Assembly (NCBI GenBank): GCA_046539325.1
Contig: JBKHHD010000004.1
Location: forward strand, 1 to 64,000
DNA from: Candidatus Aenigmatarchaeota archaeon
GTDB lineage: Archaea > Aenigmatarchaeota > Aenigmatarchaeia > PWEA01
Length of the DNA: 64,000 bases
Direction of reading: 5' to 3'
The notes below the pieces were generated by a model. The model was not told the origin of the DNA. It ran no database searches and worked only from the letters and a program-made list of their open reading frames with translations. The position numbers were made by a program, and so were the translations under genes. This document shows, piece after piece, positions 30,149-39,768 of the stretch. The stretch's first letter is position 1; every line of letters begins with the position of its first letter.

Positions 30149-30210
30149 AATCGGATTCTCTGCGAAAAGTTATTTAAATACTAGCGATAAAAATCCTAAG
30201 AGGTGGGAAG

Positions 30211-31167
30211 ATGCCTACACTGAAAGAAATACATAGTTTCGCGGTCGAAGAAGGTATAAAGGAAGATCCGAGGGACAGAGAGAAGATAGAGGAGATGCTC
30301 GAGGAAAGGCAGGAAAAGCACGAAGAAATGGAGAGTCCGAGGAAAGATCACTTCGACAAGGACAAGCTTGAAAATCCCTTCGATGATTCCAAAGTTCTAT
30401 ACGGCGGCGAGGAGGAAGTGGAAAAACTCGCTGTAGGTATAGATATTGAAGCACAGGATCTAATTCTTATAGATAGACTGAATGAGAAAGGGAGAGATAT
30501 AGATGCGGCTTTTGGACACCATCCAGAAGGAAGAGCCCTGGCAAACCTTCATGAGGTGTTGGGTCTACAGGTTGACACTCTGGAGAAGGCAGGCGTTCCT
30601 GTCTCCCAGGCCGAAGGTATCGTGAGGCCAAGGGCAGAAGAAGTCAAGAAGGGTGTGCATGCTACGAACCATCCAAGGGCTCCACGGACAGCTGAGCTGC
30701 TGGACATCCCGTTCATGTGCTTACATACGACCTGTGATAATCATGCTTACAGTTTTATGGAGGACTACATAGAAGAGAAGGATCCTGAGACTTTGGGCGA
30801 CTTGGTGGATGCCTTGCTTGAAATTCCTGAATACGAATGGGCTCTAGAGTACGACATGGGTCCAGAAATCTATACGGGAAGCAAGGAAAATCGGGCGGGA
30901 AAGATAGAAGTCCTAGGATTTACAGGTGGTACAGGACTGAAGGAGGACATGATCGATAAAATGGTCGAATCGGGAATCGATACAGTACTTGTAATGCATG
31001 CATCCAAGGAACAGATAAAAAAGGCTAAGGAGGAAAATGTACACATAGTCTCCGCGGGTCACATGCCATCGGACTCACTCGGCATAAATCTAGTTCTCGA
31101 TAAGATCCAGGAAAAGTTCGATTTGGAGGTAATGGAACTCTCAGGTTTCAAGAGAGTGGAAAGGTAG
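30211..31167 (+). CDS. NIF3-like dinuclear metal-binding protein
   Basis: GIDIE, GHHPEG, HTTCDN, GGT, VMH, GHMPSDSLGIN. Confidence 0.8.
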   Translation: MPTLKEIHSFAVEEGIKEDPRDREKIEEMLEERQEKHEEMESPRKDHFDKDKLENPFDDSKVLYGGEEEVEKLAVGIDIEAQDLILIDRLNEKGRDIDAAFGHHPEGRALANLHEVLGLQVDTLEKAGVPVSQAEGIVRPRAEEVKKGVHATNHPRAPRTAELLDIPFMCLHTTCDNHAYSFMEDYIEEKDPETLGDLVDALLEIPEYEWALEYDMGPEIYTGSKENRAGKIEVLGFTGGTGLKEDMIDKMVESGIDTVLVMHASKEQIKKAKEENVHIVSAGHMPSDSLGINLVLDKIQEKFDLEVMELSGFKRVER

Positions 31168-31192
31168 CTTGAAGAAAACTTGGTAGCTATAT

Positions 31193-32464
31193 ATGACATC
31201 TTTGAAATTTTTAGGTGGTTGTAGAGAAGTTGGGAAGTCAGGAGTTCTATTAGACACAGGTGCTGAGAAGATACTCATGGACTACGGGATAAAGCTCAGT
31301 GACCCTGAGAGCGAGGACGGTATCGGAAGACCGGAGAAAGTTAATCTAAATATAGATGGAGTTCTACTGAGCCACTGTCATCTTGATCATTCCGGGCTTG
31401 TACCGCGCCTTTACAACAGAGGCTACGATGGAAGCGTGTACGCTACCGCTACCACATTCGATCTCTCAAAAACTCTGTGGCAGGACTCTATAAAGATAGC
31501 AAAGATGGAAGGAAGACAACAGGACTTTATTGAGTCCGACATAGAAAAGCTGGTGAGAAACCAGAGAAGGGTGGCTGTAGGCCAGACGGTGCCGATAGGC
31601 AATTCAGAAGTCTCGGTTTTCGACGCCGGTCATGTACCAGGGAGTTCCTCTTTTCTTGTCGATACTGGCGAAGAGACAGTTCTATACACTGGTGATATGA
31701 ACACGATTGATACAAGGCTTATGAAGGGAGCAGATCCGAACTATCCGGACGTAGACGTACTTGTAATGGAAAATACCTATGCTGACATAAACCACAGCCC
31801 GAGGAAAGAGCTGGAGAGGAAGTTCGCAGAAAAAGTCAAAGAAAGACTCGCCAAGGACGGTACTGTAATTGTACCTTCCTTCGCCATAGGCAGAAGCCAG
31901 GAGATGCTTCTCGTCTTAAAGGAAAATGGAATTGATGCGCCGATCTACCTGGATGGAATGGCAGTCGAAGCTACGAAGAAGATACTGAGATATCCAGAGT
32001 TCTTGAGATACCCCGACGAGCTAAAGGAGGCCTACCATGACGCAAAGATTCCCGAAGACGATGACGAGAGGAAGAGAGCGCTTGAAGGTCCCAGTGTTAT
32101 AGTGACCACGGCAGGAATGCTAGGCGGTGGGCCTTTCGCCTATTACATAAAGGAGATCTACGACGAGGAGAACTGCTCGATTCTTATGACCGGCTATCAG
32201 GTAGAGGGGACTGCGGGACGAAAGCTTCTGGATACAGGGATCTACGAGCCTGAGAAGCAAGGACTGGACGTCAATTGTTACTACGAACTTTTTGACTTCT
32301 CTGCACATTGTGGAAGGAAGGAGCTTTTCGAGTACGTGGAAGCTGTAGACCCGGAGAAGGTAATTGCTATGCACGGTGAAGAGGCAGAAAACTTCATAGC
32401 TGATTTAAAGGAAAGAGGCTACGACGGTGTAGCTCCGGAGAACGGTGAAGAAGTAAAAATTTAG
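31193..32464 (+). CDS. beta-CASP metallo-beta-lactamase ribonuclease (aCPSF-like, no KH domains)
   Basis: GGCREVGKS, SHCHLDH, AGHVPGS, ENTY, GRSQE, FSAH, MHGE. Confidence 0.9.
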   Translation: MTSLKFLGGCREVGKSGVLLDTGAEKILMDYGIKLSDPESEDGIGRPEKVNLNIDGVLLSHCHLDHSGLVPRLYNRGYDGSVYATATTFDLSKTLWQDSIKIAKMEGRQQDFIESDIEKLVRNQRRVAVGQTVPIGNSEVSVFDAGHVPGSSSFLVDTGEETVLYTGDMNTIDTRLMKGADPNYPDVDVLVMENTYADINHSPRKELERKFAEKVKERLAKDGTVIVPSFAIGRSQEMLLVLKENGIDAPIYLDGMAVEATKKILRYPEFLRYPDELKEAYHDAKIPEDDDERKRALEGPSVIVTTAGMLGGGPFAYYIKEIYDEENCSILMTGYQVEGTAGRKLLDTGIYEPEKQGLDVNCYYELFDFSAHCGRKELFEYVEAVDPEKVIAMHGEEAENFIADLKERGYDGVAPENGEEVKI

Positions 32465-32649
32465 TTCTGAAGAAAGGGAAAATATTAATAACCTTTAGGG
32501 ACCATTATTTTCTTAGTAGTTTAGTAGTGTGGGTGGTTGTATCCGAGAAGAAGAGAACTTGGGTGTGCGGACCTGTCATTTCTTTTCAGATAGCCTACGC
32601 TGTCCTGTTCTTTCATCGAAAGAAAATAAAAAGAAAAGAGGTGATTCTA

Positions 32650-33435
32650 ATTAGTAGTTTTGATGGGTTTAGACACGATGAGGTTCTTAAAAAACAGCTT
32701 GAAGATTTCAGAGAAAACGGTTACCATCTCAATAAGTTAGGTGAAGTCTGGGGGTATTTCGACGAAATAGTGAAGGAAGATGTGTTTTCCGACTCTTCGG
32801 GGTTTCACATAGGCGAAGCTGATATAGTTGGTAAGGATTATGACAATGATGTCTGTGTGGTTTGCGAAGTTAAGCCTGATTACGGAATCGGTCCTATAAA
32901 GAAGGCTTACGAACAACTGGTTAGAAATAAAAGGCATTACGAAGGTAAGTTTCCTGGTGTCGAGATCAGAACGTGCATGAGATTGGATGATAGTTTCCAG
33001 GAGATTATCGCGCAGGATAAATCAGAGCTTAGAAAGGAGGCTGTCAAGGAATTTGAAGACGAGGGTATCTACGACGTCATAAGTGAGAAAAAGAGGTTCT
33101 ACAGGAATCCTCAAGAACAGAGCGGTATAGTTTCTGTTTTTGCTGAGAGCGAAGAAGAGAAGGTTGTCTCGCTTTGTAATATCGTGGCTCCTGTTAAAGA
33201 GAACGTTTGCCAGTCGGCAATAGAAAGATTGAAAAACAGAAAGAGGGAGCTCCTTGGCCGAAGAGAATACGAGGATTTTAAAATAAATACCTATGTCAAA
33301 CCACTTGGGATCGAGATGATGAAGGTAGATAAAGTCAACGGACCTGAAGAGGATGTGAAATATCCCATGATAGAGGAAGTTGTGGAGAAGGTTCCCTATC
33401 CCTATCGCTGGACAAGGCTAAAAGATAACACATAA
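32650..33435 (+). CDS. PD-(D/E)XK nuclease-like protein, probably two tandem domains
   Basis: GEADIVG...VCEVK...AYEQL; second copy degenerate (GIVSVFA...LCNIV...AIERL). Start is ATT 32650 after GAGGTGA, or GTG 32641. Confidence 0.55.
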   Translation: MSSFDGFRHDEVLKKQLEDFRENGYHLNKLGEVWGYFDEIVKEDVFSDSSGFHIGEADIVGKDYDNDVCVVCEVKPDYGIGPIKKAYEQLVRNKRHYEGKFPGVEIRTCMRLDDSFQEIIAQDKSELRKEAVKEFEDEGIYDVISEKKRFYRNPQEQSGIVSVFAESEEEKVVSLCNIVAPVKENVCQSAIERLKNRKRELLGRREYEDFKINTYVKPLGIEMMKVDKVNGPEEDVKYPMIEEVVEKVPYPYRWTRLKDNT

Positions 33436-33447
33436 TTCCTGGTTCAT

Positions 33448-34347
33448 ATGAACTCGCTGGATGAAACAACAGTTTTGGGCAAGTACGATGACAGCAATCT
33501 TATTTTAGAGAAAGATATAGCTAACCTTGAGGACCCGAAAGCTGTCAAGGATGAGTTTTTGGACAGAGGTTATGACGAAGATACATGGTTCAATGTTTTA
33601 GAGTATTACAGGAGAAACGGTTCATTCCCACATGGAGAATTGGGAAAAAGGGCAGACAAGATATCTGCAAGAATTCATGAAATAGATGATAGATTTTTGG
33701 AGAGAAAATTCGACTCTGAAGAGGTAAATAAGCTTTACAGTATAGCCTCGGGGATGGACAGAGAAAATAATATTCAGAGATCACCTCTTACGTATCACGA
33801 TGAACTTAAACTTTCTGATTTCAAGGACCTTGAAGCTCTGGTTTTAGATCACAATGTAATATATGGGTTATTTGAGAACTCACCACAACTTAAATTTAAG
33901 AAGCAAGATGGCACTGAGCATATATTTTATGTCGAGTGGCAAAAACCACTTGAACTTATTGACAACTGTCTAAAATTACAGGAAGATGTTGATCTACGGT
34001 ATCCAGGTAATGTTTTTGAAGATGCCTCAAAATACTGTGATAAAAATGGTTACAATAAATATCTCAGTTTTGAGTTTATGAAAAACCTAAAGAAGGTGGG
34101 CAGACCCCTTCCTATTTCATACCATTCAGAAAGACTAAAGGAAACCTTGGATTGTAATGAGGACGCTTCAATAATCCTTTCTTCATCAGAGGAATACGAT
34201 AAGTTTGGTGTTGTTACATACGACAACCACTTCACTAAGAACGGAGAGCTCGAGGAAGTTATCGATGATATAGATGCTGATATGTTTCCATTACTCCCAG
34301 ACTGCGCCAACCTTATCGTTAAATGTCTACGAAAAGAGGATAAATAG
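33448..34347 (+). CDS. PIN-domain protein with helical N-terminal extension
   Basis: LVLDHNVI, FED, EDASII, VVTYDNHF acidic PIN pattern. Confidence 0.6.
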   Translation: MNSLDETTVLGKYDDSNLILEKDIANLEDPKAVKDEFLDRGYDEDTWFNVLEYYRRNGSFPHGELGKRADKISARIHEIDDRFLERKFDSEEVNKLYSIASGMDRENNIQRSPLTYHDELKLSDFKDLEALVLDHNVIYGLFENSPQLKFKKQDGTEHIFYVEWQKPLELIDNCLKLQEDVDLRYPGNVFEDASKYCDKNGYNKYLSFEFMKNLKKVGRPLPISYHSERLKETLDCNEDASIILSSSEEYDKFGVVTYDNHFTKNGELEEVIDDIDADMFPLLPDCANLIVKCLRKEDK

Positions 34348-34352
34348 AAGTT

Positions 34353-35309
34353 TTATTCTAGATATATCTGTCCGAACCTGTTCTTTCCTGTCCACTTGTG
34401 GAAATCTTCCGTGTCCGCGTTCTCCTTCAGGTCTATCATCTGCACGGTCTGCGAATCCAGCTCGTCCAGATAGTGTATGGCGAGAGCTTCCGGGAACATC
34501 GGTTCCTTGACTGCGCCGTATTCATTCTTCCCGTGATGCGAAACAACTATGTGAAGGAGCTTGTGTTTAAGGTTTTCTGGAAAGTTCTCCAGTTCTCTGA
34601 CCTTCTTCAGTATGATCTCCTGGCCAAGGGTTACATGCCCTGAAAGAAGACCACCTCTGGACTGCTTTATGTTTGTGGTAACCTCAAACTCTTCCATCTT
34701 CCCTATGTCGTGGAGGAAGCAACCCACCTTGATTAGGTCCAAATCCAGGCTTTCATGTTGCTCACAGAGCTTCTCGCCAAGTTCAATCATATGTAGTACG
34801 TGTTCCATAAGACCTCCTATGTAGTCATGGTGGTAGAACATGGCTGCAGGAGCTCTTTTGAATTCTTCGACAAAATCATCGTCCACGAAAAAGGCTTGCA
34901 TAAGACGTTCGAGGTCTTCGTTTCGGATGCCTTCAAACTTGATCTTAAGTTCTGAAAACATTTCATCGAGGTCCCTGTCTGCCTTCTCTATGAACTCCTC
35001 TATATCATATTCCTCGACCTTTCTCAGCCCGTCTTCTTCTATATTTATCTGTATATTCCCTTGGAACTCTGACGCTTTACCCTTCACTTCGAGGACGTTG
35101 CCAGAACTTATCTTACTCTGAACCTTCTCCACCTTCTCCTCGTTCTTTCCACCCCAGTACTTGGCCTCAATTTCCCCACTTCTATCCGCAAGACCTAACG
35201 TAAACATATAACCTTTTTTGTAGGACTTCACAGGTTTTTTGTACTTCACAGAATATGTGCTTTTTACCTGGTCACCTTCTTGCAGCTCTTCGATGTCAGT
35301 TCTGTTCAT
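34353..35309 (-). CDS. YhaM/Cbf1-like 3'-5' exoribonuclease (OB-fold + HD)
   Basis: LADRSGEIEAKYW, APAA..HH..IGGLMEH, LHDIGK, SHHG..EYG. Confidence 0.9.
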   Translation of the reverse strand: MNRTDIEELQEGDQVKSTYSVKYKKPVKSYKKGYMFTLGLADRSGEIEAKYWGGKNEEKVEKVQSKISSGNVLEVKGKASEFQGNIQINIEEDGLRKVEEYDIEEFIEKADRDLDEMFSELKIKFEGIRNEDLERLMQAFFVDDDFVEEFKRAPAAMFYHHDYIGGLMEHVLHMIELGEKLCEQHESLDLDLIKVGCFLHDIGKMEEFEVTTNIKQSRGGLLSGHVTLGQEIILKKVRELENFPENLKHKLLHIVVSHHGKNEYGAVKEPMFPEALAIHYLDELDSQTVQMIDLKENADTEDFHKWTGKNRFGQIYLE

Positions 35310-35379
35310 TTCACACCCAAGGAAAAATTATCAGGCAACAATAAAAAGCTTTATTTAGGTTCAACCTGAACTTTGGTTT

Positions 35380-36387
35380 ATGATAGAGATAGACGGAAGT
35401 TACGGCGAAGGCGGAGGACAGATAGTTAGGACATCCACGGCACTGTCGGCTCTTGCCGGTAAGAATATAGTTGTAAAGAATATAAGATCAAATAGATCTA
35501 CGCCTGGCCTGAGACCACAACACGTAAAGGGTGTAGAAACCTTAGCTGAGTTCTGTGAAGCTGAAACAAGCGGTGTGGAAGTGGGCAGCAAGAAAATTAC
35601 GTTTGAGCCTGGGGAAGTTAGAGCAAAGGACCTGGAGGTTGACATCGGAACGGCGGGCTCCGTGGCACTTCTTCTTCAGTCCATAATGCCTGCTTTGATG
35701 CAATGCGAGAAGAAAGTTGAGGTAAAGCTTAAAGGGGGTACAAACGTTAAGTGGAGTCCACCTATCGACTACCTTAAACATGTCTTACTTCCTATACTTC
35801 GAGACCACGGTTACGAAGCTTACGTGGAGGTTGAGAAACGTGGATTCTATCCTAAAGGTGGCGGTGAAGTTACTTTTAAGTTCCATGGATCTGATTTGGA
35901 AGAATTCAATCTAACAGAAAGGGGTGGAAGCAAGAACATAGAAGGCGTATCTTACGCTTCTGAACACCTGAAGGATGCAAACGTAGCCGAAAGACAAGCC
36001 GAGGCTGCACGTAAACATCTATGGGAAGAGTTCGAACTGACACCAGAGATAAGAGAAGAGCACTGCGACTCCCGATCACCTGGTTCAGGCGTTCAGCTGT
36101 GGTTAAAAACCGAGAACTCCGTCATCGGAGGAAACGCCCTCGGTGAAAAAGGCAAGCCTTCAGAAAAAGTAGGCAAGGAGGCTGCCAAGGACCTTATAAA
36201 TAACTCAAAGGGTGCAGTGGATAGGTATGCTGGTGACCAGCTGCTGCCCTTTCTTATGGTTTCAAGTGGGAGAATAAAGCCTGCCCAAATTACTAAGCAT
36301 TGTAAGACAAACCAAAGGATAATAGAAAAGTTTTTCGACTCTGGTTTTGAATTATCACGAAGAACTAAAGAGATTAAGATTCTTTAA
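35380..36387 (+). CDS. rtcA: RNA 3'-terminal phosphate cyclase
   Basis: DGSYGEGGGQIVR, PGLRPQH, GTAGS, RGFYPKGGG, DQL, TKHCKTN. Confidence 0.95.
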   Translation: MIEIDGSYGEGGGQIVRTSTALSALAGKNIVVKNIRSNRSTPGLRPQHVKGVETLAEFCEAETSGVEVGSKKITFEPGEVRAKDLEVDIGTAGSVALLLQSIMPALMQCEKKVEVKLKGGTNVKWSPPIDYLKHVLLPILRDHGYEAYVEVEKRGFYPKGGGEVTFKFHGSDLEEFNLTERGGSKNIEGVSYASEHLKDANVAERQAEAARKHLWEEFELTPEIREEHCDSRSPGSGVQLWLKTENSVIGGNALGEKGKPSEKVGKEAAKDLINNSKGAVDRYAGDQLLPFLMVSSGRIKPAQITKHCKTNQRIIEKFFDSGFELSRRTKEIKIL

Positions 36388-36760
36388 ATGTTTCCGGCGT
36401 AGTGTTGAATACCAGATTTCCTTCCTCCAATATTTCCTTTATGTAGTTGTCATACTTGGATATGATTGCGTACCCTTCGGAGAAATGTTCATCTTCTTTT
36501 CTAGGAACATTTTCCGGGTCTCTTATTTTTCTTTGGGGGGTTTTATTAAACCAACATCCCTTGCCTCCTGAGTTTCTTGGTGTATATACAACATTTATGG
36601 GTGGTTCAAGATCAAACTCTTCAAGTCTATCTCTGTTTATTGCTATTTCGTACCAGTCTAATTCCTCGCTTATGTCACAAATTCCAGTTTCGTAAAGATT
36701 TTGGGCTATTTTTTGTAATCTTCCACTACAGAAAGGGAGGTTCTTTTTCCATGAGTACAT
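36374..36760 (-). CDS. Hypothetical protein
   Basis: 128-aa ORF convergent with rtcA. Confidence 0.45.
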   Translation of the reverse strand: MYSWKKNLPFCSGRLQKIAQNLYETGICDISEELDWYEIAINRDRLEEFDLEPPINVVYTPRNSGGKGCWFNKTPQRKIRDPENVPRKEDEHFSEGYAIISKYDNYIKEILEEGNLVFNTTPETFKES

Positions 36761-36799
36761 ACAGTAATTATGTGAAGAAATAAATAAAAAGTTGGGAGG

Positions 36800-37231
36800 T
36801 CACTGGACCTCTATTTCTTCCTCTTCTGTCTTCTTCTTTTCCTTCTTCGGCAATGTGATCTCAAGGACTCCTTCTTCCATTTCCGCCTCTGCTTTTTCGG
36901 ATTCGACCTCTTCCGGAAGCGTTATAGTTCTCTTCATCCCTGATCTCTTTCGCTCCCTTCGGTAGTAGTTCTCTTTCTGTACTTGCCTTTCGCCTTCTTC
37001 CTTGCAGGAAATCATCAGCTGGTTCTCTCTGGCCTTCACTGCGACGTTCTCCTTGTCCACACCGGGTAGGTCGGCCTTGACCACTATGTTTCCATTTTCT
37101 TCGCGGACGTCAACAGGGAAGCCTCTCATGGTTCCTGCGGCCCTTGGCCCTCTCTGCCAGAAGTCCTTCACAAGCTTGTTCATCCTTTCCTGCATGTCTT
37201 CGATTTCCTTAAACGGATCTTTAACGGGCAT
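36800..37231 (-). CDS. Hsp20/alpha-crystallin small heat-shock protein
   Basis: PVDVRE, ADLPGV, RRER, EGVLEITLPK; GGAGGTGA RBS. Confidence 0.95.
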   Translation of the reverse strand: MPVKDPFKEIEDMQERMNKLVKDFWQRGPRAAGTMRGFPVDVREENGNIVVKADLPGVDKENVAVKARENQLMISCKEEGERQVQKENYYRRERKRSGMKRTITLPEEVESEKAEAEMEEGVLEITLPKKEKKKTEEEEIEVQ

Positions 37232-37338
37232 ATAAATCACCTCCATAGTTTTTTGTTTACGGTGGTTTTTGTGTTTACATAAATTAAAATAAGATCTATT
37301 TAAAGGTTACCCAGAACCCAGTAACTCATCAAAACAGA

Positions 37339-37893
37339 CTAGAAGAGGTCCTTCCACCAGCGTTTCTCTTTGTCTTTGATCCTCCCCAACATCTCCTTCG
37401 CGGTCTCAGTTTCCAGCTGTCCGTCGATAGTTTCTATCCAGAACTCGGCACCTTCATTGCCGTCTTTGACGTACTCCTTGGCCTGGATCGCACATTCGAT
37501 GAGGTCCGCGTCCCTTGCGACGATGGCTTCCTCGCTATCTCCGTGGTTGAAGCCTTCCAGAATTTCTCTGTATTCCTCTCCATACTTTCCAGGTATTTTC
37601 TTGCTTTGGTCCTCGATTGCCTTGTCCTCTGCCCTATCTTTGCCGTGATAGACCATTTCGACCTTCTCCAGATCACCTATCCTTGTTTCGGGTACATCAT
37701 GGAACAGAAGCATCTTGACCACTTCGTTTTCGTCCACTCCTTCTTCTCTCGCAAGGAAGTAACCGACTACGGTGGCTCTGAATGAATGCTCCGCGACGCT
37801 TTCGGGGTCCGGGACAGAAATCCTGTGCCACCCCGACCTGCTTTCCTTCTTAAGTTCCCCGACTTCGAACAGGAAATCCACTAGATCCTTCAT
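37339..37893 (-). CDS. HD-domain 5'-deoxynucleotidase (YfbR/HDDC2-like)
   Basis: LK..RSGW, ESVAEHS, FHDVPETRIGD, DADLIE. Confidence 0.85.
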   Translation of the reverse strand: MKDLVDFLFEVGELKKESRSGWHRISVPDPESVAEHSFRATVVGYFLAREEGVDENEVVKMLLFHDVPETRIGDLEKVEMVYHGKDRAEDKAIEDQSKKIPGKYGEEYREILEGFNHGDSEEAIVARDADLIECAIQAKEYVKDGNEGAEFWIETIDGQLETETAKEMLGRIKDKEKRWWKDLF

Positions 37894-37990
37894 GCTACTA
37901 CAGTTTCCAATGGAGTTTAATAAATGTTTCTTCCTGCCAGCCGATAAGTTTTTAAATTATACATTTGAAGGATTAGGTGGGGTGTTTCGT

Positions 37991-38476
37991 TTGGTAGAAA
38001 GGCCTGTTTCAGTGGCTATTTCCGCTCTAGTGGACGGAGACAAGATACTCCTCATAAACCGTGAGCGAGGCGACTACACCGGACTGTGGGGTCTTCCCGG
38101 CGGCAAGATCGAAGGGGACGAACATATACACCAGGCGGCCGAGAGGGAGATTCAGGAAGAAACAGGCATCGACGCCGACTTCGAGGAACATCTGGCCATC
38201 GTCTCGGAACACCTAAAGGAGGACGGTGAAATACTGAAGCACCTGATTCTCCATATCTGCGAGCTAGAACCTCTTCATACCGACTTTTCCACAACGGAGG
38301 AGGGAGATCTAAAGTGGTTCGACCTGGAAGAGATAGAGTCCCAGAGAGAAAACCTTATACCGAGCGACTATTTCTTTATAGAGAGGTTCGTCAAGGGCGA
38401 TGAGGACGGATGCTTCAAGTGCGGTATCCTTAAAGACGGCAGTGAGCATACCCTGGAGAAGTTCGAGAAGGTATGA
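37991..38476 (+). CDS. NUDIX hydrolase (MutT-like)
   Basis: GGKIEGDEHIHQAAEREIQEETG Nudix box. Confidence 0.9.
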   Translation: MVERPVSVAISALVDGDKILLINRERGDYTGLWGLPGGKIEGDEHIHQAAEREIQEETGIDADFEEHLAIVSEHLKEDGEILKHLILHICELEPLHTDFSTTEEGDLKWFDLEEIESQRENLIPSDYFFIERFVKGDEDGCFKCGILKDGSEHTLEKFEKV

Positions 38477-38986
38477 TTACCTCATTTTCTTGTAGTAGTA
38501 CAGGAGAAGGACGGCAACTACAGCGAACAGAATAACAGCTGCCGCTAGATGTATGTTTCCACTTGTAGCTTCAGCCGTTGTCTCTGCGACACCCGTTGCT
38601 TCTTCGGTCATCGTTCCAGGATCCGCTGATTCTTTCATTTGATAACCCGTTTCAAAGTAGGAGTACAGCTGCTGGATCCCTATAACTCCGGCAACTGCAG
38701 ACGAAGCGAAAAGCAAGACCTGTTTAACTCTGTTTCCGACGACGTCCTTGCCTTTCTTCGTGAGCTCGTAGTAGACCCATTTCTTCCCTTCTTCGTCCAG
38801 CTTGTTTACAAACTTGGCGTCGAGAAGCTTGTTCAGGTGTTCGTGGACCGTTGACTTCGAGAGATCGAGTTTCCTGGAGAGTTCTGTAACTGTCATATTT
38901 CTCTCGTCTAACAGCTTGATTATCTCCTTTCTTGTATCCGAAGAAAGCACCTTTGCTGTCTCCTCGTTCAGTCTCAGGTTTGTCAT
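38477..38986 (-). CDS. Membrane-tethered ArsR-family wHTH regulator
   Basis: TRKEIIKLL..MTVTELS..LSKSTVHEHL..L; two hydrophobic C-terminal segments. Confidence 0.8.
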   Translation of the reverse strand: MTNLRLNEETAKVLSSDTRKEIIKLLDERNMTVTELSRKLDLSKSTVHEHLNKLLDAKFVNKLDEEGKKWVYYELTKKGKDVVGNRVKQVLLFASSAVAGVIGIQQLYSYFETGYQMKESADPGTMTEEATGVAETTAEATSGNIHLAAAVILFAVVAVLLLYYYKKMR

Positions 38987-39026
38987 AGGTTTAAACAGTG
39001 ATCGAGAAAATTTAAATGTTTCAAAA

Positions 39027-39048
39027 ACGTTCGGTCCAAACCGAACGT
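39027..39048. promoter_or_regulatory. Operator palindrome ACGTTCGGT-CCAA-ACCGAACGT between divergent TATA boxes
   Basis: Perfect 9-bp inverted repeat between TTTAAA (39011) and TTTTATA (about 39061). Confidence 0.65.
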
Positions 39049-39094
39049 ATTCGTAACCGTTTTATATGAGGGAAGAGTATAGATACTTGATAAA

Positions 39095-39589
39095 ATGAAA
39101 AGAGATAAAACAGCAGTCATGATCGCGTTCTTAGTAATTTCGACCGCTTTAATGGGCTTCGTAGCCGCAGCCGAGGATTCTGGATACAATGCAGACGTGG
39201 AAGTATTAAACTCGGACTGTTCTTCAACTCCAAACAGAACAGAAATTACAGAAAGAAATTCCACGGAAAACGGAGTAGTTTTCCACGGAGTTTTCCAGAC
39301 ACCGAATCCCTGTCACACTGTCAACGTTTCTAGTCTGGAAAAGGATGGTGAAACGTACACTCTCGACCTGACTGCAAATTCAGAGGAAGGGATGTGCGTA
39401 CAGTGTGTAGGAGCCGTGACCTACGAAGTGAACTTCACAGCGGAAGAGTCCGGGGAACTTGAAGTTATGCACGATGGCAAGAGAGTGGATACCATAGAGT
39501 TCGAGGTAGAAGGAACAAATACCGGAACCAGCGGAAAGAACCTTTTTGAAGTGGCTTCTGACTGGTTCAGTTCTGTCTTTGGATTCTAA
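39095..39589 (+). CDS. Secreted protein with TPNPC / CVQC motifs (PrcB C-terminal-like)
   Basis: Signal peptide, several N-x-S/T sequons, four Cys. Confidence 0.6.
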   Translation: MKRDKTAVMIAFLVISTALMGFVAAAEDSGYNADVEVLNSDCSSTPNRTEITERNSTENGVVFHGVFQTPNPCHTVNVSSLEKDGETYTLDLTANSEEGMCVQCVGAVTYEVNFTAEESGELEVMHDGKRVDTIEFEVEGTNTGTSGKNLFEVASDWFSSVFGF

Positions 39590-39673
39590 AACCCCCGATT
39601 CCTTGTTTTTATTTTTCCAATCTAATGAGTTTTAAATTTCTTTACGTCTAATGTATGGTGTGTGGGAGAACTT

Positions 39674-39766
39674 ATGTTCGACACGGAAAGATGTGTTTAC
39701 ATTGAGGAAGTCGACGATGCCTGGAAAGAAGACTATGAGGAACTGAGAGATCAAGGTAGAATTTGA
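39674..39766 (+). CDS. Possible 30-aa peptide
   Basis: MFDTERCVYIEEVDDAWKEDYEELRDQGRI; GGAG upstream, TTTAAA box. Confidence 0.3.
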   Translation: MFDTERCVYIEEVDDAWKEDYEELRDQGRI

Positions 39767-39768
39767 TC

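Noticed and set aside
37305-37326. GTTAC...GTAAC inverted repeat upstream of Hsp20 as a heat-shock operator
   Set aside because: Only a 5-bp match; spacing cannot be confidently matched to a known Phr/HSR1 site
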